A DNA stretch of 64,000 nt, taken from positions 32,001 through 96,000 of the forward strand of contig CAXGUD010000001.1 in the NCBI GenBank assembly GCA_964012805.1. The letters run 5' to 3'. This document shows positions 29,938-39,123 of the stretch, piece by piece; position 1 is the stretch's first letter, and each line of letters begins with the position of its first letter. Under the pieces are notes generated by a model. The model worked only from the letters and a program-made list of their open reading frames with translations. It did no database searches and was not told where the DNA came from. Both the position numbers and the translations under genes were made by a program. This stretch comes from an uncultured Bacteriovoracaceae bacterium (GTDB taxonomy: Bacteria; Bdellovibrionota; Bacteriovoracia; Bacteriovoracales; Bacteriovoracaceae).

Positions 29938-30654
29938 TTAGAATGAAAGATTAAGGGCCAATCCATTTTTTATAGGAATAAGTCTCGCTTTATTCCAAAA
30001 TTTTTTTTCAGAAACCAACTCATTATAAAATATTCTCCTATAGACCGCCCTCTTTTTTGAAGCCAGTGTTGGAACAGAGGACCTTTGAGACTCAAAAATA
30101 AGTGTCCCCATTAAGAAGTGAATAATTCCACCCATAGGCCTTTCATCACCAAGCCAAACTGCTATTCCTCCAAGAGTATTGATTAAAAGTCCTGTTATTC
30201 GGCGATTCCAGCTCTTTATACTCACCTCTCTTTTGTAAGCATTCTCTAAAATTGCTTCCCCTAACTTTAACTTTTTATGACCTTCAGGGAGCTCATTGAA
30301 AAGGGCCAAATCCATTTTGGGATAGAAGCGGTTGAAAAGCATATCCCAAGCGCCAAAAGTACTTTGAATAGTGATTAAACCACTCGTAAAGCTTGTAGAC
30401 CTGTCTCCTGAAGTAAAATGAACCGCCAAACCACCAATGGCAAGACTTGAATAAATGGCCGTATAACTTCTTTCCCACCTCACTGTTTTTGATGAAATTA
30501 AAAAGCCCTTTCTTGTCGCTTGAGCAAATGTATTTTCCAAGAATTTTAATTGTCTAGAAAGCTTGGCCCCTCCCATATCATCAAATGATAAAGCAGGTTT
30601 AAAAGAAAAAGTAAGGATTAAACTTATAAAAAGTTTTAAAAAAAAAGCTGCCAT
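29938..30654 (-). CDS. Unknown envelope protein, paralogue of 55021..55731
   Basis: Signal peptide from ATG 30654; aligns by eye with the paralogue; ends GLALNLSF. Confidence 0.75.
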   Translation of the reverse strand: MAAFFLKLFISLILTFSFKPALSFDDMGGAKLSRQLKFLENTFAQATRKGFLISSKTVRWERSYTAIYSSLAIGGLAVHFTSGDRSTSFTSGLITIQSTFGAWDMLFNRFYPKMDLALFNELPEGHKKLKLGEAILENAYKREVSIKSWNRRITGLLINTLGGIAVWLGDERPMGGIIHFLMGTLIFESQRSSVPTLASKKRAVYRRIFYNELVSEKKFWNKARLIPIKNGLALNLSF

Positions 30655-30847
30655 TTTTCTTCTTTCAATCACAAGCCCATCTCCTCTTCCCTCGCCAAAA
30701 AATGTAAGGAAAGGCCCTAAAAGACCTTTCGGAGTTTTATTTTTAACTTTAAATAGGGTTAAGAGAAAAGGTTGAATACAATAATCGGATAACAACTTTC
30801 AAAGATTGACTGTTTCCATTGCCTAAGTCGAGTTGATTGGTGGTCTT

Positions 30848-31726
30848 TTATTTTAGAAACCACTCAAGATCAATAACCAAGGGATCATGATCTGATAAGG
30901 GTTTTTTCTTAGAGTCATAGAAGTCAAATTTATAAGGTAAAAAGAGTTCTTTTAGATCTAAGCCGACATCTGTTCCATCACGAAAAGTAAACCGATCTAA
31001 AACCCCTTGCTTCTCTTGGCTACAAACTAAATCTTTACACATATACCGCATATTATTTCTTGCTAAAAAAAGGTGGAACACAAACTGATCATCTTCATCA
31101 TCGTGAAGAAGGTTCCAGTCTCCGGCCACAATAACCGCACGCCCTTTTGACTTTTCTTCTATTGTTTGACTTAAAAACTTAAATTGCTGAAAGCGTGCCT
31201 TTTTATCACTTTTACTTCGACCAGCATCAGCGTGGACATTATAAATATCTACGAAAAGCCCTGGAGAAACTTCATGACGGGAAAAAGTAAAGCCCTTCTT
31301 GGCCAAACAGTCTGAGTCATTCCTCAAAACACCCGAACAAGTTGGCCAAGAGAAAGTTTCAAAATGATGAAACGGCTTTTTTGAAAGACGCATTAAACCA
31401 TTCCCAAGGACTCCTCTAAAATCTGACTTTTGCCAAAAAGGAAAGCTAACAGCTTCCATAAGAAGGGAATGATAACTGAAGTTTTCCTGAAGGAGAGCGA
31501 TATCAAATCTATTGATTTTTTCACCAATAGTCCGCATATTCTTTCTGTTTCTTAAGGGAGAAATGACATTGTGAATACCTGCCACGTTATAGCTAAGGAT
31601 CGTAAGGGTTCCTCTATTTTCATACTGATAAGAAAAAGATGTGCCACTAAAAAGAAAACAAAAACTGCAAAAAACAACAGAAAACTTAATAAAGCTCTTC
31701 ATAAAAATTGACATCCTTTTTAACAT
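30848..31726 (-). CDS. Secreted endonuclease/exonuclease/phosphatase (sphingomyelinase-like) protein
   Basis: LSYNVAG, LLQENF, NVHADAG, AGDWN, SDHDP. Confidence 0.88.
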   Translation of the reverse strand: MLKRMSIFMKSFIKFSVVFCSFCFLFSGTSFSYQYENRGTLTILSYNVAGIHNVISPLRNRKNMRTIGEKINRFDIALLQENFSYHSLLMEAVSFPFWQKSDFRGVLGNGLMRLSKKPFHHFETFSWPTCSGVLRNDSDCLAKKGFTFSRHEVSPGLFVDIYNVHADAGRSKSDKKARFQQFKFLSQTIEEKSKGRAVIVAGDWNLLHDDEDDQFVFHLFLARNNMRYMCKDLVCSQEKQGVLDRFTFRDGTDVGLDLKELFLPYKFDFYDSKKKPLSDHDPLVIDLEWFLK

Positions 31727-31854
31727 GAAGGCGCATAATTAACCGCTATTTCCTATCTAACAAGACGCATAACGCCATAATTTGAAATCATGATAAAATA
31801 TATTCGCTAAGATCATTATAAACTGCAAAGTTTGACTAAAATACGAGGTACTTC

Positions 31855-32241
31855 ATGGAAAAGAAACTAACTTCCAGAAAAAACTATGTCATGGGGCTTT
31901 CACTACTCGGCTTTTTTGGGAGTTTAACAACATTTTTCCTACTCCAACATGAGCCAGAAAAGGAAAATTCAAGCCTCACTCAGAAAGAACCAAAGCGAGT
32001 CGTAGGAAGTAAAAAACTTACTTTGACTCCGAAAGTGAAAAAAACTACGAATAAGGCTCCCTCCAAAAGCCTCTATGTCCCACCCGAAACTTTTATTGGC
32101 AACCAGAAGCTAAACTTTGAATTCATTAAAAAGGAAATAAAGGCCCAAAAAAAAGAAAAAAAAACCTATGATACCAAAGACTTTAAAAGGAAAGAGAAAG
32201 ACCATAAAAATGTTTTTCTTTCTCTCCTAAAAACCAAATAA
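31855..32241 (+). CDS. Hypothetical basic membrane-anchored protein
   Basis: One N-terminal TM, Lys-rich tail, SD GAGG. Confidence 0.6.
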   Translation: MEKKLTSRKNYVMGLSLLGFFGSLTTFFLLQHEPEKENSSLTQKEPKRVVGSKKLTLTPKVKKTTNKAPSKSLYVPPETFIGNQKLNFEFIKKEIKAQKKEKKTYDTKDFKRKEKDHKNVFLSLLKTK

Positions 32242-32346
32242 AAAAAGCTTTTCAAAAGTTTATGGAAAGGCCCTTTTCCTTCCGGTGATTTTCCCGTAAT
32301 CTCACCCTCCTTATAGGATTTTTGGATTGGCCGCATTGGGGACTCT

Positions 32347-33030
32347 ATGAAACGAAAAATCTATCACGCTGTTATATACATCATTTTAAGAACACTCTAC
32401 GCAACGTACCGGCTTCGCTTTACAGGTCTTGAGAACTTAAAAAAGGCCCAGGAGGAACACCCTCAAGGAAGCGTTATCTTTGCTTTGTGGCATGAACATT
32501 TCCTCGCTGGTATCTTTAGCATTAAAATTTTCAAGCCTTGTGCCATGGTTAGCCCCTCAAAAGATGGAGAAATTGTGGCCCGCTTCGTTAAAAAGTTGGG
32601 ATATACCGTAGCAAGAGGAAGCTCAAGCCGTGGAGGTAAGCATGCTAAAAATGATGCCATTAATGCCCTCGACAAAGGCACAATTGCTGCCATAACTGTT
32701 GATGGCCCCAAAGGACCTCGAAACAAAGCTAAGCCTGGAATTGTAAACCTTTCAAAAATCTCCGGGGCACCTATTATTCCTATTTCACCTATTACTGAAA
32801 GTCCAAAAATTTTTGAAAAATCATGGGATCAAAATAAATTCCCTAAACCTTTTTCAAAAATTGTCCTCCGCTTTGGTGAAGCCGTTCATGTTCCCCAAAG
32901 CGCTCAAGGTGAAGCCTTTGACCAATTGAGAGACAAATTAGATGATCAACTTATTCAAACTGAAAAAATCGCCGAAGGTGACTTTAAAGACTGGAAAAAG
33001 CTGCCCAGCTCTCCTGGCCTTGGTTTTTAA
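32347..33030 (+). CDS. DUF374 / lysophospholipid acyltransferase family protein
   Basis: WHEH, SPSKDGE, RGSSSRGG, TVDGPKGP, SWD...PKPF. Confidence 0.9.
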   Translation: MKRKIYHAVIYIILRTLYATYRLRFTGLENLKKAQEEHPQGSVIFALWHEHFLAGIFSIKIFKPCAMVSPSKDGEIVARFVKKLGYTVARGSSSRGGKHAKNDAINALDKGTIAAITVDGPKGPRNKAKPGIVNLSKISGAPIIPISPITESPKIFEKSWDQNKFPKPFSKIVLRFGEAVHVPQSAQGEAFDQLRDKLDDQLIQTEKIAEGDFKDWKKLPSSPGLGF

Positions 33031-33596
33031 CACTTGCCTATCATGACGCTGCTACCGTTAGGGTGGTTGTAATAAGAACAGCTCCCATTACTACCAAGTG
33101 ACCCTCCTGGTGTCCTTTTAAGCCAACCCTTACCAACTTGACCATTCATCATGGATTTCAAATTAAAGAGCGTAGGTCCCCCTTCAAATCCGCCGTATCC
33201 CATCCCGTTAAGCCAATAACGGCCTGACTTAACAAAACCGAATAGTTTTTTAAGAAAAGCTTTCTCGAGAGGATGAATTTCCCTCCCATTAATAAAAACA
33301 CCAGAGCCCTCACCAGAAGAGTTTTTTAGGAGAACTCCACCTAATTTTAATCCTGGCAAAATTTGACCGAGCGAGGGCCCACCTTGGAGACCCCAAAGAC
33401 CGGAAAAAGAGTCGTACCAAAATCGACCTTCCTTAATTCTTACTTTGTAGGTCTTTTCTAGAAGTTCCACTTGGTCTCGCTTCAAGTTCTCGCCGTTAAT
33501 AATCACTTTTGTCTCAGAACTTTTGGAAATTGGTAAGGATAAGATGAAACAAAGAAAGACATAGAAACACTTTTTCCAATTATTTTTTAATAACAT
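33027..33596 (-). CDS. Secreted hypothetical protein resembling the plant XLG/EDR4 repeat domain
   Basis: Signal peptide; VIING..., GRFWYDSFSGLWG..GGP, GVFINGREIH. Confidence 0.75.
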   Translation of the reverse strand: MLLKNNWKKCFYVFLCFILSLPISKSSETKVIINGENLKRDQVELLEKTYKVRIKEGRFWYDSFSGLWGLQGGPSLGQILPGLKLGGVLLKNSSGEGSGVFINGREIHPLEKAFLKKLFGFVKSGRYWLNGMGYGGFEGGPTLFNLKSMMNGQVGKGWLKRTPGGSLGSNGSCSYYNHPNGSSVMIGKC

Positions 33597-33902
33597 GCTT
33601 TTTTCCTATTTTTTTAAAAGCTTAAAACTAAAACAAGAAAATAATCATACTAAAAAATTCTTTTTTTGAAAAAACTTATAGAAAAATTTGTTGATTCCGC
33701 GAGGAAATATGGATGAGGTTAGGAAAAAACAGAGTACCTTTTTTCTACTTTCTACAGAGCCTATTTATGAAATATATCATAAAAAACCTTAAAGAATTTT
33801 AGAAAAGGCGGTTAAGACTATCAGAATAATTAAAAAGTCTTTTTAACATTTATGTTCATACTTTTTTATATTCCTCAACTCCTAACACGCCCCCTTATTT
33901 TT

Positions 33903-34763
33903 TTACTTAGGCAGTTCACAACCAGGAAGCTGAAGATCAAATTCATTTTGAGAGTTCAAGCAGCTATAAATTAAATATGTCTGCTGCCCATAGGTAGCCC
34001 CCCTTCTTACCGTGACGCTATTGTTTTCATCCACTTCGCAAGGGTTATTCATTGAACACCTTCTGCCCGACTCATTAGCAGTGTTATTAACACCAACGAC
34101 GAGCCTGGTATCACTGTCTATAATAGGAGAACCACTTGTACCACCGATTGTTTTACAGCCAGTATTTGTGTACCTAATAGAGTCGACAAAAGTCCACGAA
34201 GCTTCTTTCAACCTAAAAATAAAATCGTCAATCTGACAAGAATAGCCTCGCTCCCAGTAACCAGAAATTATCTCAATATTATCTCCCACCTGAGGTCGGT
34301 TTTCAGAAAGTTCAAAGGCCTCAATGCCAAGTTTTTTAAGATCATTGTAGGTTTCTTTTAGTCGGTAAAGCGCAGAGTCTGTATCAGTCATTGTTGCGTA
34401 TATAATTTCTTTTGCTGTAATCCTATGAAACCTTCTATTACTATCAGCAACCCTCATTCTGCGGTTGACTCTTTTCTTATAGACAACCTGTCCTGGTTTT
34501 ATAAAAGACCCCCCCAAGCAATGGCCATTTGTTAAAACGATGGCATTGTCGCTAAGCTTTTGTCCTACAAACTTAATGACCGCCCCACTACAATTTGATA
34601 GTTTAACGATCCCTTCAAAATCATAATTATAGGAATCAAAGTAAATTGGCGGCGTGATATTTGACTTTAAAGCGTCATAGGGTGCTTCAGGAAAAGCGGA
34701 TGCCTTCCATGAGAAAAGAGTAAGAAATGCAATAAAGATGGTCTTTTTCAAATTTACCTCCAT
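33903..34763 (-). CDS. Secreted trypsin-like serine protease
   Basis: Signal peptide; TNGHC (His), TDSALY (Asp), GGTSGSP (Ser). Confidence 0.9.
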   Translation of the reverse strand: MEVNLKKTIFIAFLTLFSWKASAFPEAPYDALKSNITPPIYFDSYNYDFEGIVKLSNCSGAVIKFVGQKLSDNAIVLTNGHCLGGSFIKPGQVVYKKRVNRRMRVADSNRRFHRITAKEIIYATMTDTDSALYRLKETYNDLKKLGIEAFELSENRPQVGDNIEIISGYWERGYSCQIDDFIFRLKEASWTFVDSIRYTNTGCKTIGGTSGSPIIDSDTRLVVGVNNTANESGRRCSMNNPCEVDENNSVTVRRGATYGQQTYLIYSCLNSQNEFDLQLPGCELPK

Positions 34764-34800
34764 GTAAAATCATAAGAATATTTTACAAACACCTTTTAAC

Positions 34801-34821
34801 TATTGCAAACAGTTCGCAATA
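34801..34821. promoter_or_regulatory. Fur/Mur-family-like operator palindrome
   Basis: TATTGCAAAC-A-GTTCGCAATA, a 10-1-10 dyad with one mismatch, 38 nt upstream of the protease ATG and just downstream of a Fur-family gene. Confidence 0.55.
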
Positions 34822-34890
34822 GGGAATACATGACGGCTTTGTATCAAAAATGTTTTGCGTATGGCCTTTTCTGTCTTTGGAGAAAACTTC

Positions 34891-35352
34891 TTAATTAGAA
34901 AGCTGCGTTTTTGCACAATTGGGGCATAGGCCGGTCATTTCTAGATGGTGACTGAGGTTTCGATAACCATAACTTTCCAACTGCCTTTCTTGTTTTGAAA
35001 TAAGACATCCTTTAAGAGGCTCAATTGTATTGCATTGGTTACATTTAAAATAATGCTCATGACCTTTAGCATTATTTTTTTTAGAATTAGAGAGCATAAA
35101 CCTCGCTGGTTCACCTTGGAAAATACTTCTTTTCACAAGTCCAAGCTCTTCAAAAGTCGTTAGGGTTCGGTAAACAGAAGCCTGGTCACAATTAAGTTTT
35201 TTAGACCGTTGAATTTGAGTATGAATCTCCTCTGGAGTCAGCAAAGCTTTATTTTTAATAAGTACATTGGCCACAGCTAAACGGGGCTTAGTTATCCTTA
35301 GAGAGTGGGATTGAAGGGCCTCTTTTACTTGAACAAATTGATTCTTATTCAT
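34891..35352 (-). CDS. Fur family metalloregulator
   Basis: LRITKPRLAV, ASVYRTL..FEELGLV, HEHYFKCNQC...GLCPNC. Confidence 0.93.
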   Translation of the reverse strand: MNKNQFVQVKEALQSHSLRITKPRLAVANVLIKNKALLTPEEIHTQIQRSKKLNCDQASVYRTLTTFEELGLVKRSIFQGEPARFMLSNSKKNNAKGHEHYFKCNQCNTIEPLKGCLISKQERQLESYGYRNLSHHLEMTGLCPNCAKTQLSN

Positions 35353-35570
35353 GACGTTATCATTTTATTAAAATTTTCTAATGGATCATCACAATTTTTC
35401 CTTAAAACAACAATAATAAAATATTGAGTGTTGTACGAAAACAAAAACTTATCCCTTATTTTTAATTTATAAGTTGTTTGAGGGGTTTTTTGTTAAATTA
35501 GCTCCACTTGATTAGGTTTTGTTTTCATAATGCGAGGAAATTTAGAATTCTGGCAACCGCCCATCACTTC

Positions 35571-35999
35571 TTAATCATCCTCCCCTGTTTCAAAATAGTC
35601 ATAAGGGTTGAACTCTCCCTTTGCATCGACTTTTAAATAGATTTCTTTTTCCCCATTAAGTATTAACAATTCTCTTCTTTCTTTTGACTGCTAACTCTTT
35701 TTCTTATTCTCGTAAAAAATATATCCATGACCTCGAGGTTCCTTAAGCTCAACAAAATTTTTTATTTCAGGGGGGCCATCCAAACGTTTGATTAAGATCT
35801 CAAAAGAGGGACATTTATACTGGCGGTATCCCTCGCTCCCTTTCCAAGCTTGACACTCTTTAGGCGAATAATAGTAATACAAATTAGGCGCTATATATGT
35901 GGAAAAACTTTTGTAGGAAAAAAGTAAAAAAATAGTTAAGAGGGCCCCTAAAAAGAGCACGATCGATATAATGAGTATCTTTTTTATCCGAGTTTTCAT
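35571..35999 (-). pseudogene. Membrane-anchored hypothetical protein, possibly interrupted by an in-frame TAG at 35691-35693
   Basis: The 102-aa ORF continues in frame for 39 more codons (QSKERRELLILNGEKEIYLKVDAKGEFNPYDYFETGEDD) after the TAG. Confidence 0.45.
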
Positions 36000-36119
36000 T
36001 AATTAAATTCCATAAAACTTCTAATTTAAGAAAAAGGTTATGTTACTCCACCAATAAATTTTGATTGACAAGAATTCCTTACAAAATGATAAGTATAGGC
36101 GGCAGTGAAGAGGAACAAC

Positions 36120-37091
36120 TTAAGATTCTGGGCCATCAAACTCATCATAAATCTGATATCCTAAATAATTTTCGATTAGGTCTTCGAGAGTTACAATACC
36201 TAAAAAGGCTCCATCTTCTTTTATGACTGCAGCAATATGAACATTCATGGCGAGCAACCTTTCAAAAAGTTTCTGCCCAGTGGTATTTTCTGGAAGGATG
36301 AGGATCTTCTTTTGAAGATCGGAAACAGTTCCTTCGCCTTTGTCGATGTAAGACTGCAATATGTCTTTTCTCATGACGTAGCCTTTTACGTCATCCTGAT
36401 CTACCCCAAAAACGATAAGTCTAGAGAAAGAATTGTGTGAAATTTCTTTGTAAGCTTCTTTAATACTCAGAGAGCTTTTAACTCCTGCTACTTTATTAAC
36501 TGGTTTTAAAATATCACTAAGCTCTACCTTGGAAAATTTAAGCATGGTTTTAAGACTGTTAAACTCTCTTTTATTGAGGACTCCGGACTGATAACCAATC
36601 TCCGCTAGAGCAGGAATCTCATCTCTCGTGATCTCAGGTCCTGGTTTTCCTTTGATTAACTTTGAGAGCCAAGTTGAGACCCATACGATAGGGAAAGAAA
36701 GAGCAATCATCGGCCTTAAAACAAAATAACTAACTGGTAGAAAAAACTTCCAACTTCTGGCCCCAATAGATTTAGGAATAATTTCGCTAAAAAATAAAAT
36801 AACAAAAGTCAGGACCGCCGAGAAAATGGCCAGATATTCATTACCCCAAAGCTTTTGTGCCTCGGCACCTGCTCCTGCAGCTCCTATTGTGTGGGCAATC
36901 GTATTAAAAGTGAGGATCGATGCCAGTGGCCTTTCAATGTCATTTTTTAGATAAAAGACCTTTTTAAAGAGGCCCGGGTTCTTATCCTTTAAAGAAGAAA
37001 GATAACTTGGGGTTACGCTCAGGATGACTGCTTCTAACATTGAACATATAAAGGAGACGAAAACGGAAAGTGATATATAAAAAGCTAGCAT
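36120..37091 (-). CDS. CNNM (DUF21) plus CBS domain protein
   Basis: SFICSMLEAVILS, NTIAHTIGA, FSEIIPK, GIVTLEDLIE. Confidence 0.92.
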   Translation of the reverse strand: MLAFYISLSVFVSFICSMLEAVILSVTPSYLSSLKDKNPGLFKKVFYLKNDIERPLASILTFNTIAHTIGAAGAGAEAQKLWGNEYLAIFSAVLTFVILFFSEIIPKSIGARSWKFFLPVSYFVLRPMIALSFPIVWVSTWLSKLIKGKPGPEITRDEIPALAEIGYQSGVLNKREFNSLKTMLKFSKVELSDILKPVNKVAGVKSSLSIKEAYKEISHNSFSRLIVFGVDQDDVKGYVMRKDILQSYIDKGEGTVSDLQKKILILPENTTGQKLFERLLAMNVHIAAVIKEDGAFLGIVTLEDLIENYLGYQIYDEFDGPES

Positions 37092-37486
37092 ACTCCTACT
37101 GTAATAAAATTTACTTAATAAGAAAATAGTTGAAGGTCATAAACTTTACGAAAAAAATAGTATGTTTTAGGCCCTTTCAACGTCAGAATTTTTTTCTGGT
37201 TTTTCAGGAAAGAGATTAAACGGTATTAAAAATAAAACAGATTCTTTTCATTAAAAACCTCATTATTTTTGAAAAAAAGAACTCAAACAAACTTTTCGGA
37301 CTTAATTTTTTGATTCATGTTTTCTGAATTTGAATTTTATAGAAGAGGTTTAGCTTGAAGGTCAATATCAATGAGCTTAGGAAAAAGAGAAAAAACCCTT
37401 GAAAAGACCTTTACAACAAGATCTCTATCGTAGTTTAAAGTGTAATCGATTGAGAAGATTGGTCTTTTTGACAAGGGAAGCTAAAA

Positions 37487-38467
37487 ATGGGCGCTGCCTA
37501 CACAACTGAGTTCATAAAAAATAATATTGAAACCTTTAAAGCATTTTTTACGAAAGTAAATAAAGAACGTTTCACTGTAAAAGAACTCGCCCCCTACATA
37601 TATGAACTGAATCCCACAAAAGAAAAGTCAATTGATAAAGTCATCGGGCTGATGGCGCTTAATCATGGTAATGAAGTTGGAGGCCTCTTTGTTCTTCTAG
37701 AGTTTCTTTCTTTATTAGATATGGGACTCGTTAATTTACCGGGTAAAGTTATTATTGGATTAGGTAGTGTGGAATCCGCCAAGTTAGGTAAAAGGTTTTT
37801 TGAAAAGGACCTGAATCGTTGCTATGGGGACGTCATTGGAGAAGGAAAAGATTTTCAAAGGGCCAAAGTTGTCATGGAGGCCTTTAAAGAATGCCATATA
37901 AGTCTTGATCTTCACCAAACTCAAACTCCTAGTGCCCACCCTTTTTTTCCTATGACTTTTAATTCAAAAACGTTTGACCTTATTAGAGCAATTGACCCGC
38001 AAGCGTCGATTATTCCCCAAAAACCATATGACCAAAAAGGAAAAGGGGTTCCTTTTAGTCATTACCTTGTCAACCGGGGTTGTACTGCAGTAACCGTTGA
38101 ATTAGGAACTATGAGCCTCGACTACAAACAAATTTATTATGGTGTTCACCTCATACTTAAACTTCTCAATTACATCTTAGGAAAAAAACCTGATGAATTT
38201 AGAGGGAGCTTTTTTCCAAAAAGAGGCCCTGTGTTTCCTCCTGGACCCGATGCTTGGTTAAGAAGTGACCTTGGAAACTTCAGTGAAATAAAAAAAGGTG
38301 AGGTCATCGGTGATTACGATGGAGGAAAAAAATGGATAGCTGACGAGGGTGGCTTTCTGGCTTTTCCCAAGGCCATCCGAGGACTTAAAAGAACCCAGGC
38401 CAATGAAAATGAACCAATCTATATCCTTTTAGATAAAGATCCAGATTATTTAAAAAATAGGAACTGA
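37487..38467 (+). CDS. Succinylglutamate desuccinylase/aspartoacylase (M14) family protein
   Basis: HGNE, DLNR, LDLHQT, TVELG. Confidence 0.85.
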   Translation: MGAAYTTEFIKNNIETFKAFFTKVNKERFTVKELAPYIYELNPTKEKSIDKVIGLMALNHGNEVGGLFVLLEFLSLLDMGLVNLPGKVIIGLGSVESAKLGKRFFEKDLNRCYGDVIGEGKDFQRAKVVMEAFKECHISLDLHQTQTPSAHPFFPMTFNSKTFDLIRAIDPQASIIPQKPYDQKGKGVPFSHYLVNRGCTAVTVELGTMSLDYKQIYYGVHLILKLLNYILGKKPDEFRGSFFPKRGPVFPPGPDAWLRSDLGNFSEIKKGEVIGDYDGGKKWIADEGGFLAFPKAIRGLKRTQANENEPIYILLDKDPDYLKNRN

Positions 38468-38482
38468 GTTTAAAATAAATAA

Positions 38483-38953
38483 CTAGTTTTTAAGAGCATC
38501 CCGAATATCATCCCAGCTAAGTAGGTCGTACTCAACTAAGCATTTTTCACCTTTACTATAGCGATTTTTTGGGCATTTAACTTTATTAATGCCTTTTTTT
38601 GGAGGACAAAAAACCATGGCCTTATCAGCATCTGCTAATTTAACCTTTAACTCTTTAGCAGTTAAACCTGTTTCGACCATCATATTTTTATAGGCGCTTT
38701 TGGCACCTTTATAATTCCCTCCCACCAAAAGGGCCTCGATTTGGCCATACTTTTTAAACATTCTCTTGTGATAAAAGTAATTAGGTTTCCAAAACTTTGG
38801 GTGCTTTACACGATAGGCCTTCCAATGAGATTGGTCTTGATAATAACGGACACAAGCTGAATAACAAGGTTTACAACTTGCCAATGAATTAAATGATAGA
38901 AATAAAGAAAAAAATACGACCATTAATCCATTAAACATAAGCTCCCCTATCAT
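38483..38953 (-). CDS. Small secreted cysteine-containing hypothetical protein
   Basis: Signal peptide, CKPCYSAC plus three more Cys. Confidence 0.7.
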   Translation of the reverse strand: MIGELMFNGLMVVFFSLFLSFNSLASCKPCYSACVRYYQDQSHWKAYRVKHPKFWKPNYFYHKRMFKKYGQIEALLVGGNYKGAKSAYKNMMVETGLTAKELKVKLADADKAMVFCPPKKGINKVKCPKNRYSKGEKCLVEYDLLSWDDIRDALKN

Positions 38954-39123
38954 CGTCTAGATTTCTTCGTAATCTAATTTTTTTATCGGTTAATAAATGT
39001 AAAAAAATACATAAATAAAAAGATCATTTATTTGGGTAATTTATAGAACTCAATTAACTTAGGTTTATTTCAAAAAATTCGATAAATTTCAAAAGATAAA
39101 TTCCATTTTAAATTGACTTATAT

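Noticed and set aside
33710..33880. Tiny ORFs and a frameshifted signal-peptide-like remnant (MNINVKKTF/IILIVLTAF) resembling the protease N-terminus
   Set aside because: It needs a frameshift and crosses several stops; too short to distinguish from chance in AT-rich DNA
35345..35372. Autoregulatory Fur box overlapping the fur start (AATGATAACGTCAT)
   Set aside because: Only a half-site match to the classical Fur box
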